Origin: Myxococcota bacterium
GTDB taxonomy: Bacteria; Myxococcota; UBA4151
Direction of reading: 5' to 3'
Assembly (NCBI GenBank): GCA_036338695.1
Contig: JAYZBQ010000060.1
Location: forward strand, 1,302-65,301
Length of the DNA stretch: 64,000 nt
Of the stretch, positions 29,412-37,497 are shown one piece after another. The stretch's first letter is position 1, and each line of letters starts with the position of its first letter. A model generated the notes under the pieces. The model saw nothing but the letters and a program-made list of their open reading frames with translations. It was not told the origin of the DNA and did no database searches. Both the position numbers and the translations under genes were made by a program.

Positions 29412-30758
29412 GTGACGCGACAGTTCTTTGGAACCGACGGGGTGCGCGGGCTGGCGAACCGCTGGCCGATGACCGGTGAGATGGCGATGGCGCTTGGGCG
29501 GACGCTGACCCATGGGCTGCGCAAGTCGCATACGCCGCGCATCCTCATCGGCAAGGACACGCGCCGCTCGTGCTACATGCTTGAGACGGCGCTGGCGGCG
29601 GGGATCTGTTCGGCGGGGGGGGATGCGCTGTTGCTTGGCCCCATCCCGACGCCTGCGGTCGCCTTCCTCGTCAAGTCGATGCGTGCTGACGCAGGGGTCA
29701 TGATCTCGGCATCGCACAACGCCTTTGAGGACAACGGGATCAAGCTCTTCGGGGCTGATGGCTACAAGTTCGATGACGACTTCGAGCTCTCGCTCGAGCA
29801 AGGGATCCTCAACCCGCTGCCCGAGCAGGAGCTGCCGCTGGGCGCCGACGTGGGGCGCATTCGCCGTTTGGATGAGGCGCTCGGCCGCTACATCGTGTTC
29901 GCTAAGACAGCCTTCCCCGCCGGCATGACCTTAGACGGCCTGCGCGTGGCGATCGACTGTGCAAACGGAGCCGCCTATAAGGTCGCCCCGAGCGCGCTCG
30001 AGGAGTTAGGCGCTGAGGTGATCGCCGTTGGAACCACGCCGAACGGCGCCAACATCAACGACGGCGTCGGTTCGCTCTACCCGCACAACCTCGGCGCCGT
30101 CGTCCGTGAGAACAACTGCCACGTGGGGCTCTGTCTCGACGGGGACGCCGACCGCCTGATCGTCGTGGATGAGCACGGCGCGCCGGTAGACGGGGATCAA
30201 TTGATGGCGATTAACGCCCTCAAGCTGATGGATGAGGGGCGGCTCGCCAACAAGACCTTGGTCGCTACGGTGATGAGTAACCTGGCGCTCGATCGTTGCC
30301 TGGAGTCGGCGGGCGGGCAGGTGGTCCGGACGCAGGTCGGTGACCGCTACGTCGTCGGCGCGATGCGCCAAGGAGGGTATAACCTCGGCGGTGAGCAGAG
30401 CGGTCACCTGATCTTCCTTGATCACAGCACCACGGGCGATGGCTTGGTCGCAGGCCTCGGCTTCCTAGGCGCTCTGGTTCAATCGGGTCAGAGCGTCTCC
30501 GAGCTCGCTGGCGTGCTCAAGCCTTATCCGCAGTCGCTGGTTAACGTGCCGGTCAAGCAAAAGACCCCCTTAGAGGAGCTGCCGACGGTTCAAGAGCAGA
30601 TCCGTGCTGCGGAGGAGCAGCTCGGTGACGACGGGCGCGTCCTGGTGCGCTACTCTGGGACTGAGAACAAGGCGAGGGTGCTCGTCGAGGGTCCGGACGC
30701 AGGGGTCGTCGGTCAGTTGGCTGGTCAGATTGGGGCGGCGCTGGAGGCGGGGTCGTGA
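29412..30758 (+). CDS. glmM: Phosphoglucosamine mutase
   Basis: FGTDGVRG ... active-site SASHNAFEDNGIKLF, Mg loop DGDADR. Confidence 0.95.
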   Translation: MTRQFFGTDGVRGLANRWPMTGEMAMALGRTLTHGLRKSHTPRILIGKDTRRSCYMLETALAAGICSAGGDALLLGPIPTPAVAFLVKSMRADAGVMISASHNAFEDNGIKLFGADGYKFDDDFELSLEQGILNPLPEQELPLGADVGRIRRLDEALGRYIVFAKTAFPAGMTLDGLRVAIDCANGAAYKVAPSALEELGAEVIAVGTTPNGANINDGVGSLYPHNLGAVVRENNCHVGLCLDGDADRLIVVDEHGAPVDGDQLMAINALKLMDEGRLANKTLVATVMSNLALDRCLESAGGQVVRTQVGDRYVVGAMRQGGYNLGGEQSGHLIFLDHSTTGDGLVAGLGFLGALVQSGQSVSELAGVLKPYPQSLVNVPVKQKTPLEELPTVQEQIRAAEEQLGDDGRVLVRYSGTENKARVLVEGPDAGVVGQLAGQIGAALEAGS

Positions 30759-31477
30759 CCGTCCGGCTGGGTGTGAACATTGATCACATCGCAACGCTGC
30801 GCAATGCGCGCGGGGAGGCGTACCCTGACCCGGCTCGAGCGGCTGCTGTGGTGGTCGCAGCGGGCGCCGATCAGGTCACCTGTCACCCGCGCTTGGATCA
30901 ACGGCACATTCGCTTCTCGGATCTCGAGGCGCTCCGGCGCGCCAGCCCGGTTTTGAACTTTGAGATGGCGGCGGTCGATTTCATGCTCGAGCACGCACTG
31001 GCGCTCATGCCAGACTGGGCTTGCATCGTGCCAGAGACGCGAGAAGAGATCACCACCGAGGGTGGTCTGGATACGAGCTTAGCCTCGCTGCCGCCGATCG
31101 TTGAGGCGCTTCAGCGCGCCGGGATTAAGGTGTCGCTCTTCATCGACCCGGAGCTTCGAGCTGTGCGCGACAGCGTCGACCTCGGAGTGGATGCGGTCGA
31201 GCTGCACACGGGCGCCTACGCACAAGCGGGCGGCGGCGAGGTCGCTCAAGAGCTCGAGCGTCTTCGGTGCGCAACGGCGCTCGGCGTTGAGCTGGGCATG
31301 GCGGTTCATGCTGGGCATGGTCTGACCTTAGCGAACACGGGCGCAGTCGCTGCCTTGCCGGGGGTTCAGGAGCTGAACATCGGCCACGCTTTGATCTGCG
31401 ACGCCTTGTTCGTTGGTGGATTGGAGGCAGCCGTCGCCGCCTACAAAGACTGTATCTCGGCGGCGACCGCCCCATGA
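30755..31477 (+). CDS. pdxJ: Pyridoxine 5'-phosphate synthase
   Basis: LGVNIDHIATLRNARG signature. 240 aa. Confidence 0.95.
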   Translation: MTVRLGVNIDHIATLRNARGEAYPDPARAAAVVVAAGADQVTCHPRLDQRHIRFSDLEALRRASPVLNFEMAAVDFMLEHALALMPDWACIVPETREEITTEGGLDTSLASLPPIVEALQRAGIKVSLFIDPELRAVRDSVDLGVDAVELHTGAYAQAGGGEVAQELERLRCATALGVELGMAVHAGHGLTLANTGAVAALPGVQELNIGHALICDALFVGGLEAAVAAYKDCISAATAP

Positions 31478-32967
31478 CCCTGCAGCCGCTTTGGGGCTGC
31501 GAGACGCTGCGGCGGCTCGATCAGGTGGCGCTCAAGGACCTGCCTTGGCTGATGGAGGTTGCGGGCGCTGGGTTGGCGGACGCCGTGGCGCGGGCGGTGG
31601 CGGAGCGCGGGCTGCGTCCGGGGGCGCAAGTCGAGCTCTGGGTGGGGCCGGGAGACAACGGCGGCGACGGCCTCGTCGCCTGCAGGCACCTGCTCGAGCT
31701 CGGACTTCGGGTCGCCGTTTGGGCACCTCACGGTCTGCCGGCGTCGGGGGACGCGGCGAAGGCGCTGGCGCAGCTCGAGCCTTCGAGCGCATCGATCCGA
31801 CACCTCGAGGCGGCGCTCCACCGGGACAGCGAGCTGGTCGTAGACTGTCTGTTCGGGACCGGTCTGTCACGACCCTTGAGCGGTGATCTGCTCGAGTCGG
31901 TCGAGCGACTGAATCGCTCACCGCTGCCCGTGGTCGCGTGCGACATCCCGTCAGGGCTTTGCGGCAACACCGGCCGGGTCCTCGGGGCGGCTGTGCGCGC
32001 CGACTGGACGATCGCCTTCGGAGGGCTTAAGCCCGGTTTCTTTTGCTCGGATGGGCTCGATTATTGCGGCACCATACGCTTGGCGACCCTAGGCTACCGA
32101 CCCGATCACTACGACGAGGTGGAACCCGAAGGGTATCTGGACCTGCGTCCGGCGCAGGAATTCTTGCCGTCGATGAGGCAGGCAGACCACAAAGGGCGCT
32201 TTGGTCGCGTGTTGGCGCTCGCCGGGTCTCCCGGGATGGAAGGCGCGGCCTTGTTGACGCTCGAAGGTGCCCGCTGCGGCGGCGCCGGGCTGCTGCACCT
32301 TTGGTCGCCTGAGCGGAGCCGGCGAGAATTCGGCGAACTGCCGGCGGAGGTGATGGTGGCGCCGTTCGCAGACCACGCTCTTGAGGTCGCTGCGCGCTGT
32401 GACGTGATCGTCGCAGGGCCTGGTCTTGGGCGCACACCCGCTGCGCGTGAGGCGCTGTTGAGGCTCTTGGGGGTGGCGGCGCACAAGCCTTGGATCCTCG
32501 ATGCCGACGCGCTCTACCATCTGGCTCACGAGCGTTTTGAGTTGCCAGATCAGTGTCTGCTAACGCCTCATGAAGGTGAGGCGCTGCGGTTGGTCGGCGA
32601 GGATCCCCTCGTCGGTACTTGGGGAGGCGATCGGTTCAGCCTGGCGCAGCAGCTGAGTGCGCGTTTTGGCGTGGACGTGTTGCTTAAGGGGGCAGGTAAC
32701 ATCATCACCCTCGATGGGGTCAGTTGTTTGGTACCGGGCAGCGCCCGGGGGCTGGCGCGCGGTGGCTCGGGCGATGTCTTGTCAGGGCTCATCGCAGCGG
32801 TCGTTGGACGCGGCGCCTCGTTAGGGGATGCGGCGCATTTTGCGCTGAGGTTGCAGCTGATGGCGGCGCAATCGTTGGACCGGGGCGAGGCAGAGACCGT
32901 CAGCCAAGCGCAGCTGGTCAGCGCTATGACTGCTGCCTGGAGGGAGGTCTATGAAGCGCACCGTTGA
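31474..32967 (+). CDS. nnr: Bifunctional NAD(P)H-hydrate epimerase/dehydratase
   Basis: N-terminal YjeF-N (GPGDNGGDGLV). C-terminal carbohydrate-kinase-like domain (GSGDVLSGLIAA). Confidence 0.9.
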   Translation: MTLQPLWGCETLRRLDQVALKDLPWLMEVAGAGLADAVARAVAERGLRPGAQVELWVGPGDNGGDGLVACRHLLELGLRVAVWAPHGLPASGDAAKALAQLEPSSASIRHLEAALHRDSELVVDCLFGTGLSRPLSGDLLESVERLNRSPLPVVACDIPSGLCGNTGRVLGAAVRADWTIAFGGLKPGFFCSDGLDYCGTIRLATLGYRPDHYDEVEPEGYLDLRPAQEFLPSMRQADHKGRFGRVLALAGSPGMEGAALLTLEGARCGGAGLLHLWSPERSRREFGELPAEVMVAPFADHALEVAARCDVIVAGPGLGRTPAAREALLRLLGVAAHKPWILDADALYHLAHERFELPDQCLLTPHEGEALRLVGEDPLVGTWGGDRFSLAQQLSARFGVDVLLKGAGNIITLDGVSCLVPGSARGLARGGSGDVLSGLIAAVVGRGASLGDAAHFALRLQLMAAQSLDRGEAETVSQAQLVSAMTAAWREVYEAHR

Positions 32968-33373
32968 GAGCGTCGAGGCGATGCGCGCCCTGGGCGCTGA
33001 GATCGCTGAGCGTGCGACGCCGGGGACGGTGATCGCCTTAGTCGGTGACCTAGGCGCCGGGAAAACCGAGTGGGTCAGGGGGTTTATGACGGCGCTGCCG
33101 GGCTACAACGCCGCCGACGTGGCGAGCCCGACCTTTGCGTTGGTGCATCGCTACGAAACCGCCCCGGCGGTGTGGCACCTCGACTTGTACCGGCTTGAGA
33201 GCGAAGAGGAGCTCGCAGCGATTGGCGGCGAGGAGTTTTTCGACCCCATCGATGAGATCACGTTGGTCGAGTGGGCGGACCGTTACCCGAGCTGGCTGCC
33301 CAAGGGCGCCTGGCGCGTCGAGATCGAGCGCGTCAGCGTCACCGAGCGTGCTGTGACGGTGGGGTTCGGCTAG
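32951..33373 (+). CDS. tsaE: tRNA t6A biosynthesis protein TsaE
   Basis: P-loop GDLGAGKT ... SPTFALVHRY ... LYRL. 140 aa. Confidence 0.85.
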   Translation: MKRTVESVEAMRALGAEIAERATPGTVIALVGDLGAGKTEWVRGFMTALPGYNAADVASPTFALVHRYETAPAVWHLDLYRLESEEELAAIGGEEFFDPIDEITLVEWADRYPSWLPKGAWRVEIERVSVTERAVTVGFG

Positions 33374-33738
33374 AGGCGATCGAGGCGCACTAGGACCTCG
33401 TCCGTGATCTCCGACTCCGGCGAGAAGGCGAGGACTTGGTCGGCTCGTAGGACCAACGAGACCTGCCGCTCAGCGGCGATGGCGGTGACGATCGTGCGCA
33501 CCCGGTCGAGCAGCTCTCGCCGCATGGTGTCCTTACGGCGCTCGATGTCTTGGATCGCTTGGGCTTCCAGCGCAGCGGCGCGATCACCTGCCTCGTCGTC
33601 GCCCGCTGCGGCGCGTGCGCGCAGCGCCTGGACCTCGTCTTGAGCCATACCCCAGAGCTTTGCGAGCTCCTCAGAGGCTCGCTGCCCATGGCTCGATTCA
33701 TCCAAAGTGCGTGCGATATCGACGACGAGGTAATCCAC
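33370..33738 (-). CDS. OmpH/Skp-like protein without a signal peptide (GTG start)
   Basis: 122 aa, helical, with the VVDIARTL ... SEITDEVLVRL pattern of the OmpH family. The start is GTG, with a TGA 10 codons upstream in frame, so no leader peptide is possible. Confidence 0.55.
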   Translation of the reverse strand: MDYLVVDIARTLDESSHGQRASEELAKLWGMAQDEVQALRARAAAGDDEAGDRAAALEAQAIQDIERRKDTMRRELLDRVRTIVTAIAAERQVSLVLRADQVLAFSPESEITDEVLVRLDRL

Positions 33739-33865
33739 GAGCGCTCCGTTTGGTCCAGAGCGCAGTCTTCAGGAGCCACGGTGAAACGGCAAGTACGAAG
33801 AATGATCGACTTGCGCCGACGGGGCTGGGGGTCCAAGGTGCGGAGTCCGATTCAGAGGTGACATC

Positions 33866-34612
33866 ATGCAGCGACTCGCAGCGTTTGGTTCGATACTTCT
33901 CTTCGCAGCGGTGGCTTGCGGTCCACCTCCGGTCAGCGGCGGCGGGGGCACGCGCACGCGCTCGGACGCCGGCGCTCAGCCGGTCGCTGATGCCGGGGAC
34001 GCCGCGACGCGCGACGCGGGCGCCCAGGGCACCCGAGACGCAGGCGCTCCGCCGGCGGACGCGGGGCAAGCACCGGTGGACGCCGGTCAGCCGCCTCAAG
34101 CCGGTGCCTGTCTTGAGCAGGGCAACGGGCGTACGACCGGCTCGAAGATGGCGAACTTGCGCCTGCAGAATTGCAACGGTGACTGGGTCGAGCTGCACGA
34201 TAACTGCGGACGCACCAAGGTCCAGGTCGTGATGTTGGTGACCGAGTGGTGCCCCAACTGCCAGACCTCGATGACCGAGTTTTCAGGGTTGAGCGATCGA
34301 TTTGAGCAGGATTGGGAGAACATCTTTGTACTGGGCGAGCTGGGTAGGAACGTCCCTGCGACGATGTCCGAGTGCGGTCGCGTCGCCCGTGCCAAAGGGG
34401 TTGATCCGAACCTGATGGTGATCGATCCGGGCTTCGTTCGGACGCTTCAAGGAGGCTGGGTACGCCCCTGTACACAGAACGGCAGCTTTGGGTTGCCACA
34501 GATCAACATCATGGATGGGGAGTCGATGACGCTGCGCTGGGAGAGCATGTGCGACGGGCGGGTCGGCGAGGTCGACCCCAACCCGATCTTGCAAGAGCTC
34601 CTGAGCCGCTAG
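33866..34612 (+). CDS. Lipoprotein with low-complexity Ala/Gly/Asp linker and C-terminal thioredoxin-like (CxxC) domain
   Basis: Lipobox AAVAC. VMLVTEWCPNCQ resembles the TlpA/redoxin motif. Confidence 0.6.
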   Translation: MQRLAAFGSILLFAAVACGPPPVSGGGGTRTRSDAGAQPVADAGDAATRDAGAQGTRDAGAPPADAGQAPVDAGQPPQAGACLEQGNGRTTGSKMANLRLQNCNGDWVELHDNCGRTKVQVVMLVTEWCPNCQTSMTEFSGLSDRFEQDWENIFVLGELGRNVPATMSECGRVARAKGVDPNLMVIDPGFVRTLQGGWVRPCTQNGSFGLPQINIMDGESMTLRWESMCDGRVGEVDPNPILQELLSR

Positions 34613-35904
34613 TCCGGTCGGAAGCGGAACGGGATTCGCAGCCTGTATGCGGCGCCCTCGGGGTCGCCAGGGAACGGCAGCTTACGGACCGCATCGAGCA
34701 GACAAGCGTTCATCGTCTCAGAGAAGTCTGAGGTCTCGATACGAGGGCGGTTCGGCAGCTCGGTCGGGACCTCGATGATCACGATCGCCGTCCCTTTGGC
34801 CTCGGCGGTGAAGAGCTGCTCGTTGACGTAGCATTCTGCCAAGGTGCCCTTCGCACTCCCGATGATCTGACGCGTGGTGTCCGGGGAGCGCACGCCGATG
34901 GGACGAGCTGCGCCTCCGATTTGGGCGCCAAAGGCCACGCCTGTTTGGCCATCGGCCGAAGCAAAAGTCGCCCCTGATGCGCTCGCGCTGTTCACCTTGT
35001 TGCTCCGCTGGATCAGCGGCCGGCCGCGGTCGCGAGCGGTCGGCTGAGCCGTGTCGGGCTCGAGTGTCGCCGGGACGGGGCGTGGGCTCGCCTCTGGCGC
35101 GGGCGGGGGCGGTTCCGGCGTTGCGCTCTCATCGATCAAGGTCGCCGTGGCGGGCTTCGGTTGAGCGCGGGGCAACGCAGGCGGCGGCGCTGGAACGCTT
35201 GGCGCCGGCATCGGGGCCGGCGCTGCTGGCGCGGCGGTCCGCTCGTCGCTTGCGAGGGGAAGCGGATCCTCGGCGGGCGTTGGCGCTGGCTCAGGTGTCT
35301 GGCTCGGTTGAGCCGGAGGCGTCGCAGGTGGCGTGCTCGCAACAGCGGGTGGCTCCTCCTTAGCGCTTGGGGCAGGCACGGGTGGAGCTGCTTCTTGCGC
35401 AGACTCGTCGAGGTCGAGAGCTGGCGGGGGTGCCATCGGAGCGGCTGCTGGGCTCGGACGCGCCGACGCCACCGAGCTCGGCGCCGGGATCGGCGACGGC
35501 GCAGCCGGCGGTGTCGGGATGGCGGCGGGGGGCGCGGGTGGAACGCTGGAGGCTGCGACGGGAGCCGCTGGTGCGGGTGGATCAGGCGCATCGAGCGCTA
35601 ACGTCGGTGCAGGTGAGGGTGCGCTCGGCGCCGGCGGCGTTGGGGGCGGGGCAGGCGGCATCGGAGGGGGGGCTGCGCCGGGCATCGCCGGGACGCTCGG
35701 CGGCGAAGGCGGCAGCGCCGCCAAGTTGCCCGGCGGGCGCAACGCCGGCTGTCGATCAGATGGGCTGATATCGATGGGCTCGATCACGTCGATCATACGC
35801 GCGAACGGGTCTCGATCGCCTTCGTAGAGCGACATGCTCTGGCAGCTTATCGTGGCGGCTGCGGCGAGAAGAGCGGCGGGTCGTCTCACGGTCGAATCTC
35901 CCAC
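34609..35904 (-). CDS. Pro/Ala-rich exported protein with a TonB-C/AgmX-like C-terminal domain
   Basis: N-terminal signal-like segment, about 250 aa of PPAPxP low complexity, and a C-terminal roughly 90-aa domain ending RLRIPFRFR. Confidence 0.55.
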   Translation of the reverse strand: MGDSTVRRPAALLAAAATISCQSMSLYEGDRDPFARMIDVIEPIDISPSDRQPALRPPGNLAALPPSPPSVPAMPGAAPPPMPPAPPPTPPAPSAPSPAPTLALDAPDPPAPAAPVAASSVPPAPPAAIPTPPAAPSPIPAPSSVASARPSPAAAPMAPPPALDLDESAQEAAPPVPAPSAKEEPPAVASTPPATPPAQPSQTPEPAPTPAEDPLPLASDERTAAPAAPAPMPAPSVPAPPPALPRAQPKPATATLIDESATPEPPPPAPEASPRPVPATLEPDTAQPTARDRGRPLIQRSNKVNSASASGATFASADGQTGVAFGAQIGGAARPIGVRSPDTTRQIIGSAKGTLAECYVNEQLFTAEAKGTAIVIIEVPTELPNRPRIETSDFSETMNACLLDAVRKLPFPGDPEGAAYRLRIPFRFRPD

Positions 35905-37133
35905 TGGTCGATGATCTCATTTTGATCTGCAACGACGGCGCCGACTAGACCAGCCGCCGACTGACGGAGTCGAATCCAGTGATGGACGGATCGATGGTCG
36001 CCTTGGAGGCTCGTGAGTTCGCCGTCAATCGACGGGTCTGGGTGCGACTGATCGCAGGCTTCGAGCGCAGCGCCCGCTCCGCCAGAGTTGACGAAAAGGC
36101 GGCCGTCGACCTCGAAGCGCTCGTAGCACGACGCTTGACCTGCGAGCACGAGCGGGACCTTGTGACCGCCCAGCAACGTGCGCAGCTGCTCGCGACGACC
36201 AAGGCCTTGCCGGCGGCTCGAGCGTGTGTACGCCGGTTGGTGCATGAGCAGCACCGAGAAGCCATGACCTGGCGCCGCTTCCGCATCCCTCAGGATCTGC
36301 TCAAGCCAGGCTTGCCCTTCATCGCTCCAGATCGAGGGGCCTACCTGACCAAGGGTGTCGACAAAGATGTAGACGAGGGCTCCGACTCGGATGGCGTAGT
36401 TGTCTCCGAGCTGCGGGTGTGAATGCCCCCGCCACAGCGGGGCAAAATACTCAGCGTACTCACGCGCTGTGTCGGCGTGATCATCGGCTTGCGGCGCAGG
36501 GCGCTCAAACTCAGACTCGCCAACGACGGGCAGGATCTGGGCTGTGTTGAGCAGAGGTCGCCAGCGATGGAACCACGCGCTCCAGGTCTCGTTCGGGTCG
36601 CTGTAGCGTTGCAGGTTCCCAAGGTGAAGAATGGCGTGCGGCTCAGCACCCCGGATCGCTTGGGTTAGCGTCGCCGTCACCTCATCGTCAGCGGCGCTGT
36701 TACCGAGTACGGCCATCGTGACGTCGGCGTCGGTCGACGAGGCTGCCGTACAAAATCGTCCCTCAACTTGCTCGACCGACTGCGCCACCTGATACCGGTA
36801 GCAGGTGTTCGGCGTGAGGTTGCGCAAGGCCAGTCGATGAACATAGCTCGGTCCCGGTCGATCGGGTGCAAGGATGGGGTCCGAGTCGACCTCTAGGGTC
36901 CGCTCGATCTGAGTCGCCTGTGAAGCCACCTGCGCCAGCCACCGCTCCGAGTTCACCAAGCCAAAGCGGACACCGCCGCAGCCATCGCTTGCTGTCTCCC
37001 ATCGAATCTCTGCCTCGGTCATGTACCAGCCAACGGCCCAAGGTCCGCGCGTCACCGGTTGGGGCGTGCACGGCTCGGGCGGGTCGGGACAGCCGGTCAG
37101 CAGGACCGCAAGCGTCAGCAGCCTTACATCCAC
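35886..37133 (-). CDS. Calcineurin-like metallophosphoesterase lipoprotein (purple-acid-phosphatase-like)
   Basis: GTG at 37133 gives MDVRLLTLAVLLTGC (canonical LTGC lipobox). Downstream HLGNLQRY ... GHKVPLVLAGQASCYERF ... VNSGGAG phosphoesterase motifs. The track start at 37661 adds 176 aa of basic junk that overlaps the upstream ORF. Confidence 0.75.
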   Translation of the reverse strand: MDVRLLTLAVLLTGCPDPPEPCTPQPVTRGPWAVGWYMTEAEIRWETASDGCGGVRFGLVNSERWLAQVASQATQIERTLEVDSDPILAPDRPGPSYVHRLALRNLTPNTCYRYQVAQSVEQVEGRFCTAASSTDADVTMAVLGNSAADDEVTATLTQAIRGAEPHAILHLGNLQRYSDPNETWSAWFHRWRPLLNTAQILPVVGESEFERPAPQADDHADTAREYAEYFAPLWRGHSHPQLGDNYAIRVGALVYIFVDTLGQVGPSIWSDEGQAWLEQILRDAEAAPGHGFSVLLMHQPAYTRSSRRQGLGRREQLRTLLGGHKVPLVLAGQASCYERFEVDGRLFVNSGGAGAALEACDQSHPDPSIDGELTSLQGDHRSVHHWIRLRQSAAGLVGAVVADQNEIIDQWEIRP

Positions 37134-37447
37134 AGCAGCACTCCGATGGCGACTAAGGTCATCACCAGCGAAGCGATCATGATCGGCGGCGTCTTCGGGG
37201 GTGGCCCACCCTCGGCGGCCTCCAGCAGTCGTCGGCGCTCTTCGGGGGTGGCCTCTCGGGCCAATCGCTGATAGCGACGCTTCGAAATACCCCATACTTC
37301 GGGCTTTCTGGCGCTGTTCTGAAAGGCGATCCACTGCATGGCGAGAAAACCCAAGAACAAGAAGGCGACGAGGAGCAGCATGGCACGGCTCATGGAAATG
37401 ACCTTTCGGCTCGGCTCGCGCGTGCGAGGGGGTTTGACGGTTCCCAT
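37124..37447 (-). CDS. Small two-TM membrane protein (hypothetical)
   Basis: 107 aa (or 89 aa from MSRAM) with two clear hydrophobic helices and GC-rich third positions. Its stop overlaps the phosphoesterase GTG start. Confidence 0.4.
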   Translation of the reverse strand: MGTVKPPRTREPSRKVISMSRAMLLLVAFLFLGFLAMQWIAFQNSARKPEVWGISKRRYQRLAREATPEERRRLLEAAEGGPPPKTPPIMIASLVMTLVAIGVLLWM

Positions 37448-37497
37448 GTATGCGGTAGCCGGTTCGAGAGACAGCGCGCAATGAGGCGGAGAGTTTA

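Noticed and set aside
34609-35904. Possible tandem DNA repeat in the Pro/Ala-rich gene
   Set aside because: It is low-complexity GC-rich codon repetition (CCG/GCG) rather than a defined repeat unit.
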